In this document: positions 9,454-17,882 of the stretch, piece after piece
Position numbering within the stretch: the stretch's first letter is position 1
Layout: each line of letters begins with the position of its first letter
Notes under the pieces: model-generated
Told to the model about the DNA's origin: nothing
The model's database searches: none
What the model saw: only the letters and a program-made list of their open reading frames with translations
Made by a program: the position numbers and the translations under genes
From: a virus
Taxonomy: Duplodnaviria; Caudoviricetes
Virus record (IMG/VR): IMGVR_UViG_3300030397_000311
Coordinates: 1-35,734 of that record
Length of the DNA stretch: 35,734 bases
Strand: one strand, 5' to 3'

Positions 9454-10716
9454 ATGGCCAATAGCATCCTTACGCCGACGATGATCACCCGTGAAGCTTT
9501 GCGGGTTCTGCACCAGCAATGTAACTTTTTGGGCAATGTTAATCGTCAGTACGATGACAAGTTTGCCCAGACTGGTGCCAAGATCGGCAACACGCTCAAT
9601 GTTCGCATGCCGGCGAAATACTCGGTACGAACGGGCGCGACCCTGTCTACGCAGGATCACGTTGAGCGCTCAACCCCGCTTGTGGTTTCAAGCCAGTACG
9701 GTGTCGACGTTTCGTTTACCTCTGTTGAGCTGACTCTGGACCTTGATGATTTCTCCGACAGGATCATCAAACCAGCTATGGCGCAGCTTGCGGCGGAAAT
9801 CGAATCAGACTGCTTGGCTGATGCCTACAAGTGGATTCCGAACTATACCAACGCCACGACCAACGGCCTTATCACCTACAAGCGATTCCAGCAGGGTGGT
9901 GCGAACCTGACCAAAGAACTGGCCCCGAAGATGGACAGAACAACCATCCTCACGCCGGATTCTCAGGTCGAGTTCAACGATGCGGTCAAGGGCTTGTTCC
10001 AGTCGTCTGACAACATCCGGCGCCAGTACCGTGAGGGCCTGATGGGTCGCACGGGTGGTTTCGATGTCTACGAGAACACGCTGCTGCCGTCACATACGAC
10101 CGGCACGCTCGCGGGTACTCCGCTGACGAATGGTGCATCACTGGGCGTTACGACCACGGCCAATAGCTGGACTTCACAGACCGACCTTTCGGTTGATGGC
10201 GCAACCTCCGGCACAACGCTGAAGGCTGGCGACATCATCACGCTGTCTGGTGTCTATGCGGTTCACCCGGAATCGAAGACCAACCAGGGCAAGCTCAGGT
10301 CGTTTGTTGTGCAGTCTGATGTCACGCTCACGACTGCGGCAACGGCGTACACGGTCACGGTCAAGCCTGGTCTTATCACGGGATCTGGTAATGCCTACCA
10401 GAACTGTGCGCTGTCCGGCGTTTCCGATACTGACGGGCTGACGGTAACCCTGATTGGGGCGGTTGGGTCCGCTTTCAACCAGGACATCCAGTTCCACAAG
10501 GATGCCTTTGTGTTTGCAACGGCTGACCTTGAGGACATGTCCAACTATGGTGCCTGGGGGTCGAGAGCGGTCCAGGATGGTATTTCCATGCGTATCGTGC
10601 AGCAGTACCAGATCAGCTCGGACACCCGCCCGTGCCGGTTTGATGTCCTGTTTGGCTTTGCGCCGCTCTACAACGAGCTGGCGAATCGCCACCTGTACGA
10701 GCAGGATTTGCTGTAA
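9454..10716 (+). CDS. Major capsid protein, P22 coat (gp5) family
   Basis: MANSILTPTMITREAL, NRQYDD.F...GAKIG.TL.VR.P, FHKDAF, RFDVLFG; strong RBS TAAGGAGG. Confidence 0.95.
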   Translation: MANSILTPTMITREALRVLHQQCNFLGNVNRQYDDKFAQTGAKIGNTLNVRMPAKYSVRTGATLSTQDHVERSTPLVVSSQYGVDVSFTSVELTLDLDDFSDRIIKPAMAQLAAEIESDCLADAYKWIPNYTNATTNGLITYKRFQQGGANLTKELAPKMDRTTILTPDSQVEFNDAVKGLFQSSDNIRRQYREGLMGRTGGFDVYENTLLPSHTTGTLAGTPLTNGASLGVTTTANSWTSQTDLSVDGATSGTTLKAGDIITLSGVYAVHPESKTNQGKLRSFVVQSDVTLTTAATAYTVTVKPGLITGSGNAYQNCALSGVSDTDGLTVTLIGAVGSAFNQDIQFHKDAFVFATADLEDMSNYGAWGSRAVQDGISMRIVQQYQISSDTRPCRFDVLFGFAPLYNELANRHLYEQDLL

Positions 10717-10757
10717 CATAGTTACGGCGATACCATCGCTACTAGCCATAGCAATGG

Positions 10758-10795
10758 CCCCGGGCAGACCCTTACCTGGTCTGTCCGGGGTTTTT
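10758..10795 (+). terminator. Rho-independent terminator after the coat gene
   Basis: 13-bp stem CCCCGGGCAGACC / GGTCTGTCCGGGG (one G-U), 7-nt loop, followed by TTTTT. Confidence 0.85.
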
Positions 10796-10809
10796 AACAG
10801 GAGAGCATA

Positions 10810-10965
10810 GTGGCCAAATTACCTGGACACGAGCCGGACAAAGGGCCGGACCCGAACCTGCCAAGCGAAGTGCAGAAACGTGCGATCGCGGACAAGGCTG
10901 CGGCTGATATTGCTGCTGTAGATGCACCGAAACCGAAAAAGAAGGCTGCCAAGAAAAAGAAATGA
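10810..10965 (+). CDS. Small Lys/Ala/Pro-rich protein (51 aa; not in the ORF track)
   Basis: AGGAG RBS, GTG start, MAKLPGHEPDKGPDPNLPSEVQKRAIADKAAADIAAVDAPKPKKKAAKKKK; ATGA overlap with the next gene. Confidence 0.7.
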   Translation: MAKLPGHEPDKGPDPNLPSEVQKRAIADKAAADIAAVDAPKPKKKAAKKKK

Positions 10966-11249
10966 AACGGCGCGATTTATTAAAGCTAGGTGTAGCGCTG
11001 CCTGCGACAGCAGTTGCGGGCAAGGTTGAAATTGAGGAACCAAAGCCAAAACTTCATCCGATGCGCGAGCGCGGATATGTTTGGGATGAAAAGCGTAGTT
11101 ACTGGCTTTTTGTCTATTACGACGTTTTTTCGGATGAAATGCGTTATTCGATTAGGGTTGAAGCTGTTCCAGAGGTTGACCAAACCGGGGTTGCTCACAG
11201 AAAAATGATTGAAAATTACGACAAGCTAAAGCGTGAGCAGCTTGGATAA
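10962..11249 (+). CDS. Small protein with twin-arginine-like N-terminus
   Basis: MKRRDLLKLGVALPATAVA; coupled to both neighbours. Confidence 0.65.
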   Translation: MKRRDLLKLGVALPATAVAGKVEIEEPKPKLHPMRERGYVWDEKRSYWLFVYYDVFSDEMRYSIRVEAVPEVDQTGVAHRKMIENYDKLKREQLG

Positions 11250-12036
11250 AGCGAACGGATCAACGATCAAGCATGTCTACGTCTGCACGCCGGCCTACGA
11301 TGGCAAGGTCGACAGCGATTACTCCCAGTCACTTGCCGAATCCTGTCAAGCCGCTACCATCTTTGGCATCCGCGTCACTGCCGCGGTCATGGGAAATGGC
11401 GCATTTATCGACCTGGCGCGGAATCTGTTCGTCAAGTTTTTCCTTGAGAACACTGAACTAAAAGACGCCACACACCTGTTTTTCATTGATTCTGACCTGA
11501 AATTCCCGGCCGAGGCTTTTTGCAACCTGGTCGCGCACTGCGATGAGGACAAGCCCATACTGGCAGGTGCTTACCGGCGCCGGCAGGATCCTGAGGATTA
11601 CCCCATCAAGTGGACACCACACCCTGAAATCAGTGCCGAGAAGGGTGAGGATTGTTTGTGGGTAGAGGAACCGGGCTGGCTTGCCTGTCACCGGGTGGCC
11701 ACCGGGTTCATGATCATCCGCCGCGAGATTCTTGAGGAAATGGCCGCCGATGCCCCGAAACTCAAGATTGCGGGCCAGAAAGGGCCGGTTCCGCAGCTTT
11801 TCTACACGAAAGTGGATGCAGAAAACCGCTTTGTGGGTGAGGATTACTGCTTCTGCGATGACTTCGTGGAGCGTTACGGCAAGCAGATTTATGTCTGGCC
11901 GGACTGGGATTTTGTGCATTCGGGCTACAAAGGGAACTATGCCCGTTGGCTGGACGACCAGATCAAGAACTATGAAAGCAAACAGGAAACGCTGGATGGC
12001 ATGCAAATGGAGGTTCAGCCACCCGTGGAGCATTAG
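11233..12036 (+). CDS. Glycosyltransferase, GT-A fold (GT2-like phage family)
   Basis: VYVCTPAY, IDLARN, THLFFIDSD (DxD), ATGFMIIRR, GEDYCFC, H.G. Confidence 0.85.
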   Translation: MSSLDKANGSTIKHVYVCTPAYDGKVDSDYSQSLAESCQAATIFGIRVTAAVMGNGAFIDLARNLFVKFFLENTELKDATHLFFIDSDLKFPAEAFCNLVAHCDEDKPILAGAYRRRQDPEDYPIKWTPHPEISAEKGEDCLWVEEPGWLACHRVATGFMIIRREILEEMAADAPKLKIAGQKGPVPQLFYTKVDAENRFVGEDYCFCDDFVERYGKQIYVWPDWDFVHSGYKGNYARWLDDQIKNYESKQETLDGMQMEVQPPVEH

Positions 12037-12552
12037 GTGGAATTACTGATTGGAGCCGGTACGGATCATGGCAAGCGGGTGACGCTACCGGGCGAAGGGA
12101 TAGAAAAAGAGTGGACTGACCTGACCACTTTGGATATGGATGAAACCCTGCAACCAGACGTTGTCTGGAACCTGGAAGACTTCCCGTATCCGTTTGAGGA
12201 TAATCTTTTCGACGAAATTCATGGTTACGAGGTGCTGGAGCATACCGGTCAGCAGGGTGATTTCCGGTTTTTCTTCAAGCAGTTCGGTGAGTTTTGGCGC
12301 ATGCTCAAGCCCGGGGGTTATTTCTGTGCCACAGTGCCTATGTGGAATAGCCCCTGGGCATGGGCTGATCCGGGTCACAAGCGCATTATCAGTGCCGACA
12401 CGTTGGTGTTTCTGAGCCAGGATGAGTACAAGGTCCAGGTTGGCAAAACCGCGATGGCCGACTATCGTTACTGGTGGCAGGGTGATTTCAAGCTCATTGC
12501 CAAGTCCGAGGAAAATGGCACGCTGGGATTTGTGATACAGGCGATCAAGTGA
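12037..12552 (+). CDS. Class I SAM-dependent methyltransferase (type 11-like)
   Basis: LLIGAG motif I, TLD, PFEDNLFDEI...EVLEH, EFWRMLKPGG, DPGH. Confidence 0.9.
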   Translation: MELLIGAGTDHGKRVTLPGEGIEKEWTDLTTLDMDETLQPDVVWNLEDFPYPFEDNLFDEIHGYEVLEHTGQQGDFRFFFKQFGEFWRMLKPGGYFCATVPMWNSPWAWADPGHKRIISADTLVFLSQDEYKVQVGKTAMADYRYWWQGDFKLIAKSEENGTLGFVIQAIK

Positions 12553-13394
12553 GTGATTACGCGGCGGATTCATTAGCGCATTGCAAGACCCTGAACCCGC
12601 ACTACCTGGATCAGCCACACGAAATAGCGCTTGAAACCATCGCCCAGTGCAACGCGGCCTGCACGTTCTGTCCGTATCCCACGCTTGAGCGCATCGGCAC
12701 CAAGATGCCGGATGAGTTGATCGAGTCCGTGATTGACCAGATGGCGGATTTTCAGGCCCCGTTCTATTTCTCACCGTTCAAGGTCAATGAGCCATTACTG
12801 GACAAGCGCTTGTATGACATCTGCAAGGCAGCCACGGCCCGTACCCCGTGCATCCTGCGGATATTCACCAACGGCTCACCACTGACCCCGTCACACATTG
12901 ACCGGCTTGCTGAACTGGACCGGGTGGCACATGTCTGGGTATCGCTGAACGAGACCGACCCCGAGAAATACAAAGCGCTGATGAACCTGGACTTTGAGCG
13001 CACGGCCACGAGGCTGGATAAGTTGCACGAGCGTGAGGACTTCCCGCACCCGGTGGTGTTGTCAACGGTAGGCCGGCCAAACCTTAATTTTGAGTGGTAT
13101 TGCACCCAGCGCTGGCCCAGGTTCCAGGTGGTGTGCATAGAGCGTTCGGGATGGTTGGGATATACTGACCCGCAGACGGACGTTATCCCGGATGCGCCCT
13201 GTTCCCGGTGGTGGGAATTGTCGATAACGGCGGAGGGTGTGTGTTCGCTCTGCTGCATGGACGGTGAGGGCGATTACAGCATTGGCAATATCCGGGATGA
13301 CCGACTGGTTGATATTTACGCTCGCTTGCGGCAACGGAGGGAAGGTCTGGAGTCACGACACAACCACCACCCGTGCTCTACCTGCACATATTGA
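12549..13394 (+). CDS. Radical SAM protein with C-terminal SPASM/Twitch-type domain
   Basis: CNAACTFC (CxxxCxxC), NEPLL, FTNG, PC...ITAEG.CSLCC.D....IGNI, final CSTC. Confidence 0.92.
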   Translation: MSDYAADSLAHCKTLNPHYLDQPHEIALETIAQCNAACTFCPYPTLERIGTKMPDELIESVIDQMADFQAPFYFSPFKVNEPLLDKRLYDICKAATARTPCILRIFTNGSPLTPSHIDRLAELDRVAHVWVSLNETDPEKYKALMNLDFERTATRLDKLHEREDFPHPVVLSTVGRPNLNFEWYCTQRWPRFQVVCIERSGWLGYTDPQTDVIPDAPCSRWWELSITAEGVCSLCCMDGEGDYSIGNIRDDRLVDIYARLRQRREGLESRHNHHPCSTCTY

Positions 13395-13816
13395 TGGCCA
13401 CCAACCTTGAGATAATTGAGAACGCACTCCGGGAAATCAACGTCATATCAGAGATCGGTTCCGCCAGTGACGAACAGGGCGCGCATGGGCTGAGATTGCT
13501 GAATGAGATGCTTGCCGAGTGGCAGGAATCCAAAGATTTCGCGGTTGGATGGTTTGACCAGGGCAGCACGGGTGACACCTTCCCGCTTCCACGCTGGACC
13601 CATCGCGCCATTCAGTCAAACCTGGCCATCGATATGGCCCCGAAATACGGTGCCAGCGTATCCCTTGAGTTAGCCACCAAAGCCGATGATTCCTACAAAG
13701 CCTTATTCCGTAAGGTCATATCGGAATCTGAGGACATGGATAACAAGGACATGAGCCACCTGCCGGAAGGGGCGGGGCATTATGGCACCCGTTATGACAT
13801 CACGAGTGACAGATGA
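13394..13816 (+). CDS. Head-tail adaptor (P22 gp4-like)
   Basis: IIENALREI.V, GLRLLNEMLAEW, AIQSNLAIDMAPKYG, LPEGAG; TGATG coupling to the radical SAM gene. Confidence 0.85.
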   Translation: MATNLEIIENALREINVISEIGSASDEQGAHGLRLLNEMLAEWQESKDFAVGWFDQGSTGDTFPLPRWTHRAIQSNLAIDMAPKYGASVSLELATKADDSYKALFRKVISESEDMDNKDMSHLPEGAGHYGTRYDITSDR

Positions 13817-15795
13817 GCGCCCTGAATCTGCCTGTCCAGTCCTACGAACATCGTAGCCGGCACGCCAGCGCTGCAAGGCTCTTAAACTGCTTTCCTGAAC
13901 TGATGCCACCGGGCGGGCGATCGCCTGTCCTGCTCACCCGGTCGCCTGGCATACGCCCCTGGATACGGGCGGGGTCAGGCCCGATTCATGCCCTGTATAC
14001 GGCCTATGTAGAACTGTCTGGTGGCGCTCAGACCTACCTTTATGTCGTTTCCGGTACAGAGTTGTATTACGTCAAAGCAGACGGTGAGCCGACCCTGGTG
14101 GGTGACATTGGCCCGGTCAATTCCATTGATATTGACTCCAACGTGGGCAACGTGGTGGTGGTCAATGAGCCGGACGCCTATTACTGGGACGGGGCGACGT
14201 TCGGGCAGATCACGGATGCGGACTTTGTTGACCGGGGTGCCGGTGATGTCGAGTTTCTGGACAACTTCATGCTGTTCCGGGAGCCGGACAGTGGGCGCTT
14301 TTTCGGGGCTGATTTAGGTTCTGTCACGGACTTTAATGCGCTCAGGTTTGCGACCTCCGAGACCAGCCCCGACAACCTGGCCGGTATGAAGGCGCTGCAT
14401 CGCATCCTGTACAACTTCGGCACTGAATCGCTGGAGTTATGGCAGAACACGGGGGCCAGTGGGTTCCCGTTTGAGCGCATCGTGAATGGCACCATCGAGA
14501 TGGGTTGCCTGAACGCCAGGACGGTGGCCGAGAGCAATAACGTCATTATGTGGGTGGCGGATGACTACACGGTGCGCCAGTTACAGGGCACCAACCCTGT
14601 GCAAATCAGCACGCCCGCGATTGAACAGAAAATATCCAAAGCGACCCACGCCACGGCCGAGGCGTTTACCTACGAGCAGGAGGGGCATTTTTTCTATGCC
14701 TTGTCCTTTGATGAGGGCACGTATGTTTATGACCTGACGACGGGTGAGTGGGCCGATCGCGGCTCATACAACGAGTCAAGATGGCTGGCCAGTTCACACG
14801 CCCAGTTCAACGGCCTGGAGCTGGTGGGCAATCGCGACAGCAATGAGATTGGCATTCTTGACCCGGAATACTATTGGGACTGGGGTGAGGACGCGAAAAA
14901 CATCATTCCGGAATCGGGTGATTTGTCCACAGTAAACTGGACTGAGAGCGCGAACGCCAATCGCACCGGGTCTTATACCAAAGCCCTGGACGGGCGCACG
15001 ACTGCTACACAGATTGTGGACAATGGCGCCACCGGCACGGGCGTGGTGTTTCTCAATACCACCACACTGACATTCAAGGCGGCAACGGATTACGTTTATT
15101 CTGCGGTGGCCAAACCGGACGGGCTTGACTGGTTGTACCTGTGGGCATCCGGGTTTACGGATGTGACCACGGCCACGGGTTATTTTGATCTCAGGAATGG
15201 CGTGCTGGGTACGTTTGGTGCCGATGTCAAAGACAAGGGCATGCAACTGCTAAATAACGGTTATTACCTGTGCTGGCTCAGGTTCACGACTGAGACCGAC
15301 ACCACCGGGATTCCGCGCATCTACGTGGCTGAGGCTGATGGTGATAACACGGTCGACCTGGATAACAGCTCGTCTATCATCGTTGACCGGGTACAGATGG
15401 CAGAAGGAACCAAGCCACGGGCGTATATCGAGACCGGCTCGACCGCGATATCCCGTATAGGTGTTCAGCGCATGCAGTGGACCTACCAGACGGTCTATGC
15501 ACAGGGACAGCGAGCTTTTCATGATCGTTTTGAGGTGGTGCTGGAAACCGGGGTTGGTACCACGGTGGAGCAGGGCAGCGACCCGCAGATCATCCTGGAA
15601 TACTCCGACGATGGCGCGGAGTCATGGCAAGCAATGCCGGCGCGGTCCATTGGTGCGCTTGGTAAGCGTGAATCCCGGGTGATATGGCACAACCTGGGGT
15701 CAGCTCGTCAGCGAACGTACCGGGTTACGGTTTCTGACCCCGTGGCGATCACGGTCACGGACACGCTGCTGCATGTTCGGGGTGGCAGGTTGTGA
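13813..15795 (+). CDS. Tail hub / DNA stabilisation protein (P22 gp10-like) with internal inserted domain
   Basis: PGI, SETSPDNL, FGTESLELWQNTG..FPFERI.G..EMGC, ISTPAIE, YEQEGHFFY, LETGVG, YSDDG.SW, WHNLGSAR. Confidence 0.9.
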   Translation: MSALNLPVQSYEHRSRHASAARLLNCFPELMPPGGRSPVLLTRSPGIRPWIRAGSGPIHALYTAYVELSGGAQTYLYVVSGTELYYVKADGEPTLVGDIGPVNSIDIDSNVGNVVVVNEPDAYYWDGATFGQITDADFVDRGAGDVEFLDNFMLFREPDSGRFFGADLGSVTDFNALRFATSETSPDNLAGMKALHRILYNFGTESLELWQNTGASGFPFERIVNGTIEMGCLNARTVAESNNVIMWVADDYTVRQLQGTNPVQISTPAIEQKISKATHATAEAFTYEQEGHFFYALSFDEGTYVYDLTTGEWADRGSYNESRWLASSHAQFNGLELVGNRDSNEIGILDPEYYWDWGEDAKNIIPESGDLSTVNWTESANANRTGSYTKALDGRTTATQIVDNGATGTGVVFLNTTTLTFKAATDYVYSAVAKPDGLDWLYLWASGFTDVTTATGYFDLRNGVLGTFGADVKDKGMQLLNNGYYLCWLRFTTETDTTGIPRIYVAEADGDNTVDLDNSSSIIVDRVQMAEGTKPRAYIETGSTAISRIGVQRMQWTYQTVYAQGQRAFHDRFEVVLETGVGTTVEQGSDPQIILEYSDDGAESWQAMPARSIGALGKRESRVIWHNLGSARQRTYRVTVSDPVAITVTDTLLHVRGGRL

Positions 15796-16037
15796 TTCTG
15801 AAACTGTTCCGGGCCATCCCGCAATCGCTCATTGACTGGGATCGCTGGATCACGGAGCAGGACCGTCAGATACAGTCAGCGATTGATGATTTGAAGATTA
15901 CCCGGGGTGCGGGTACGCCAGAGGGTAATGTCACGGGCGTGATTGGTGATTTGTACCTGAGAACGGACGGAACCGCCGGCACGGTGCTGTATGTCAAAGA
16001 AGCCGGCACAGATGCTTACGGGTGGGCGGCTAAATAG
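15792..16037 (+). CDS. Short tail needle/plug-like protein (gp26 position)
   Basis: Follows gp10; short helix, then GAGTPEGNVTG.IGDLYLRTDG.AGTVLYVKE.G...GW motif seen in phage fibres. Confidence 0.6.
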   Translation: MILKLFRAIPQSLIDWDRWITEQDRQIQSAIDDLKITRGAGTPEGNVTGVIGDLYLRTDGTAGTVLYVKEAGTDAYGWAAK

Positions 16038-16062
16038 TTTATTATTCGCTCGGAGGTGCGTA

Positions 16063-16734
16063 ATGCCACTATTGGAAGCATTAACAGCCGGCGGCTCGCT
16101 GGTCAGCGGGTTGCTAGGTCGCAGGTCCGGGCGCAGAACAGCCCGCATGATGGCCGACGCCCAGAACCGGGCCACAGCCGAATCCCGTCGACAGTACGAC
16201 CAGACCCGGGAAGATTTTGCGCCGTGGCGTGAGGCCGGCGGCAATGCCTTAGCCCGGGTCGATCGATACCTGGGTGGTGATGATTCTGATTTTTTCACCT
16301 CACCTGACTACGAGTTTCGGCGTGGTGAGGGTATGCGCGATATCGGTAACTTCTATTCCGGCGGGCCGAGTGGTGTGTATTCCGGTAATGCCATGCGCCG
16401 GCTGGCCGAGTTCAATTCGGGGTTAGCTTCCGGGGAGATTCAAAACTGGTTCAATCGCCAGTTCGGGGTGGCCGAGGCGGGGCGTGGGGCGACCGGCTCC
16501 ACTGCCTCTGCCGGTGAGCGCCATGCAGACCGCTTCGGCAATATCGTCACAGGCACCACCAGTATGGCTGCCAACGCCCTGACCCGGGGCGATGCGGCGG
16601 TTAATGATGCGGTGCAGGGCGGTATCGGTAATTACCTGTATGGTCGGCAACGATGGGGTGGCGGTCGTGGTGAGGATGACCCGCTGATGATTGACCTGAA
16701 CGCAATGGGTGCACCCCGCAGACGGTACGCATAA
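16063..16734 (+). CDS. DNA ejection protein (P22 gp7-like)
   Basis: GGAGG RBS; G/A-rich hydrophobic N-terminus; QYDQTREDFAPW..AG..AL, SPDYEFR..EG, SG.AMRRL. Confidence 0.8.
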   Translation: MPLLEALTAGGSLVSGLLGRRSGRRTARMMADAQNRATAESRRQYDQTREDFAPWREAGGNALARVDRYLGGDDSDFFTSPDYEFRRGEGMRDIGNFYSGGPSGVYSGNAMRRLAEFNSGLASGEIQNWFNRQFGVAEAGRGATGSTASAGERHADRFGNIVTGTTSMAANALTRGDAAVNDAVQGGIGNYLYGRQRWGGGRGEDDPLMIDLNAMGAPRRRYA

Positions 16735-17882
16735 TGGCCCAGTTCAACGTTTTCAGCATGCGAGACACGGCCGGCGCCGGCGCTGATGACCGTGCCCGTG
16801 ATGAAGCCAACGCACTGGCGCGTGAGGCAACACGCCAGAATATGGATATACGCCGGCAGGGTGCTGCCCAAAACCAGATGGCATTTGACCAGAACCAGGA
16901 ATATCGCCAGCTGATGATGCTGCACGAGGCATCTACCAGGATGCTCGATTTGCAGCAGAACGACCCGGCCTTGTATGAACGTATGCTGCCCCGGGTGCTG
17001 CAGGAGTTTGAGGGCGAGGGTCTGTTAAAGGCTGCTGATGTCGGTGAGTTTGATCCGCAGGAGTGGGCGGAAATCCAGGAAATAACCGGGATGCAGTTAA
17101 CAGGCAGGACGCCGAGGGCGAACCTGCAAAAATCCACGCCTTACCGGGTGCAAAAAGAAGATGGTTCAGAGGTGGTGGTCACGCCGGTTTTCAACCCCGT
17201 TGACGGTACTACTGAACTTGTTGAATCACCCTATGAGGGCCAGGTGCTGTCCTCGCTCGGCGAAACGCCGCAGGAACGATCAACGCGCGAGGTTAGTACG
17301 ACAGAGGACAAGGAAATTGTTAAGGGGCAGCAAGGCCGATATGCGGAAGCAATCGAAGTCGGCCTGCGGCAGGCCGATGCCACGGCAATCCTGCGTCGCG
17401 GCCTTGAATTGCTGGATGTCATAGAAACCGGCAGGCCCGAGGAAATCATGCTCAGGGCTAAGGAAATGTTTGGTATAGCCGGGGCAGATGAATCTGAACT
17501 GAATGCCAACCTGGGCAAAGCAATCCTGGCCCAGTTGCGCGATACCTTTGGTGCCCAGTTCACGAAAGAGGAAGGCGACCGGCTGCAATACATTGAAGCC
17601 AATTTCGGAAAATCGACACCAGGTAACAGGCGCCTGCTTGAAAACGCACTCAGGCAGGCAGAGCGCGCTGCCAGGCGTGGTATTGATGCGGCTGGCAAAG
17701 CCGATGACCAATGGTCTGCCGATGAAATCAAAAAGGCACTTGAGTTCACGGTAAGGCCACAAGATAACGAATCTGCAGATGAGGGCGATACCGGCGAGAA
17801 TGTCGCCCCTGATGGCACGGTTGTAACCGATGCGTCAGGCCGTACGCTAATCAAGCGTAACGGAAAGTGGGTTGAGCAGTAA
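16734..17882 (+). CDS. Putative DNA ejection protein (gp20 position)
   Basis: Synteny, helical Q/E/A-rich, TAATG coupling. Confidence 0.65.
   Translation: MAQFNVFSMRDTAGAGADDRARDEANALAREATRQNMDIRRQGAAQNQMAFDQNQEYRQLMMLHEASTRMLDLQQNDPALYERMLPRVLQEFEGEGLLKAADVGEFDPQEWAEIQEITGMQLTGRTPRANLQKSTPYRVQKEDGSEVVVTPVFNPVDGTTELVESPYEGQVLSSLGETPQERSTREVSTTEDKEIVKGQQGRYAEAIEVGLRQADATAILRRGLELLDVIETGRPEEIMLRAKEMFGIAGADESELNANLGKAILAQLRDTFGAQFTKEEGDRLQYIEANFGKSTPGNRRLLENALRQAERAARRGIDAAGKADDQWSADEIKKALEFTVRPQDNESADEGDTGENVAPDGTVVTDASGRTLIKRNGKWVEQ

Noticed and set aside
12549-13394. QueE or other 7-deazaguanine DNA-modification pathway
   Set aside because: No queC, queD, folE or dpdA-like genes; the enzyme has a Cys-rich SPASM/Twitch tail not typical of QueE
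14893-15456. Intein in the gp10-like gene
   Set aside because: No N-terminal C/S block, no HN-C/S/T junction, no LAGLIDADG motif; the insert resembles a structural beta-sandwich
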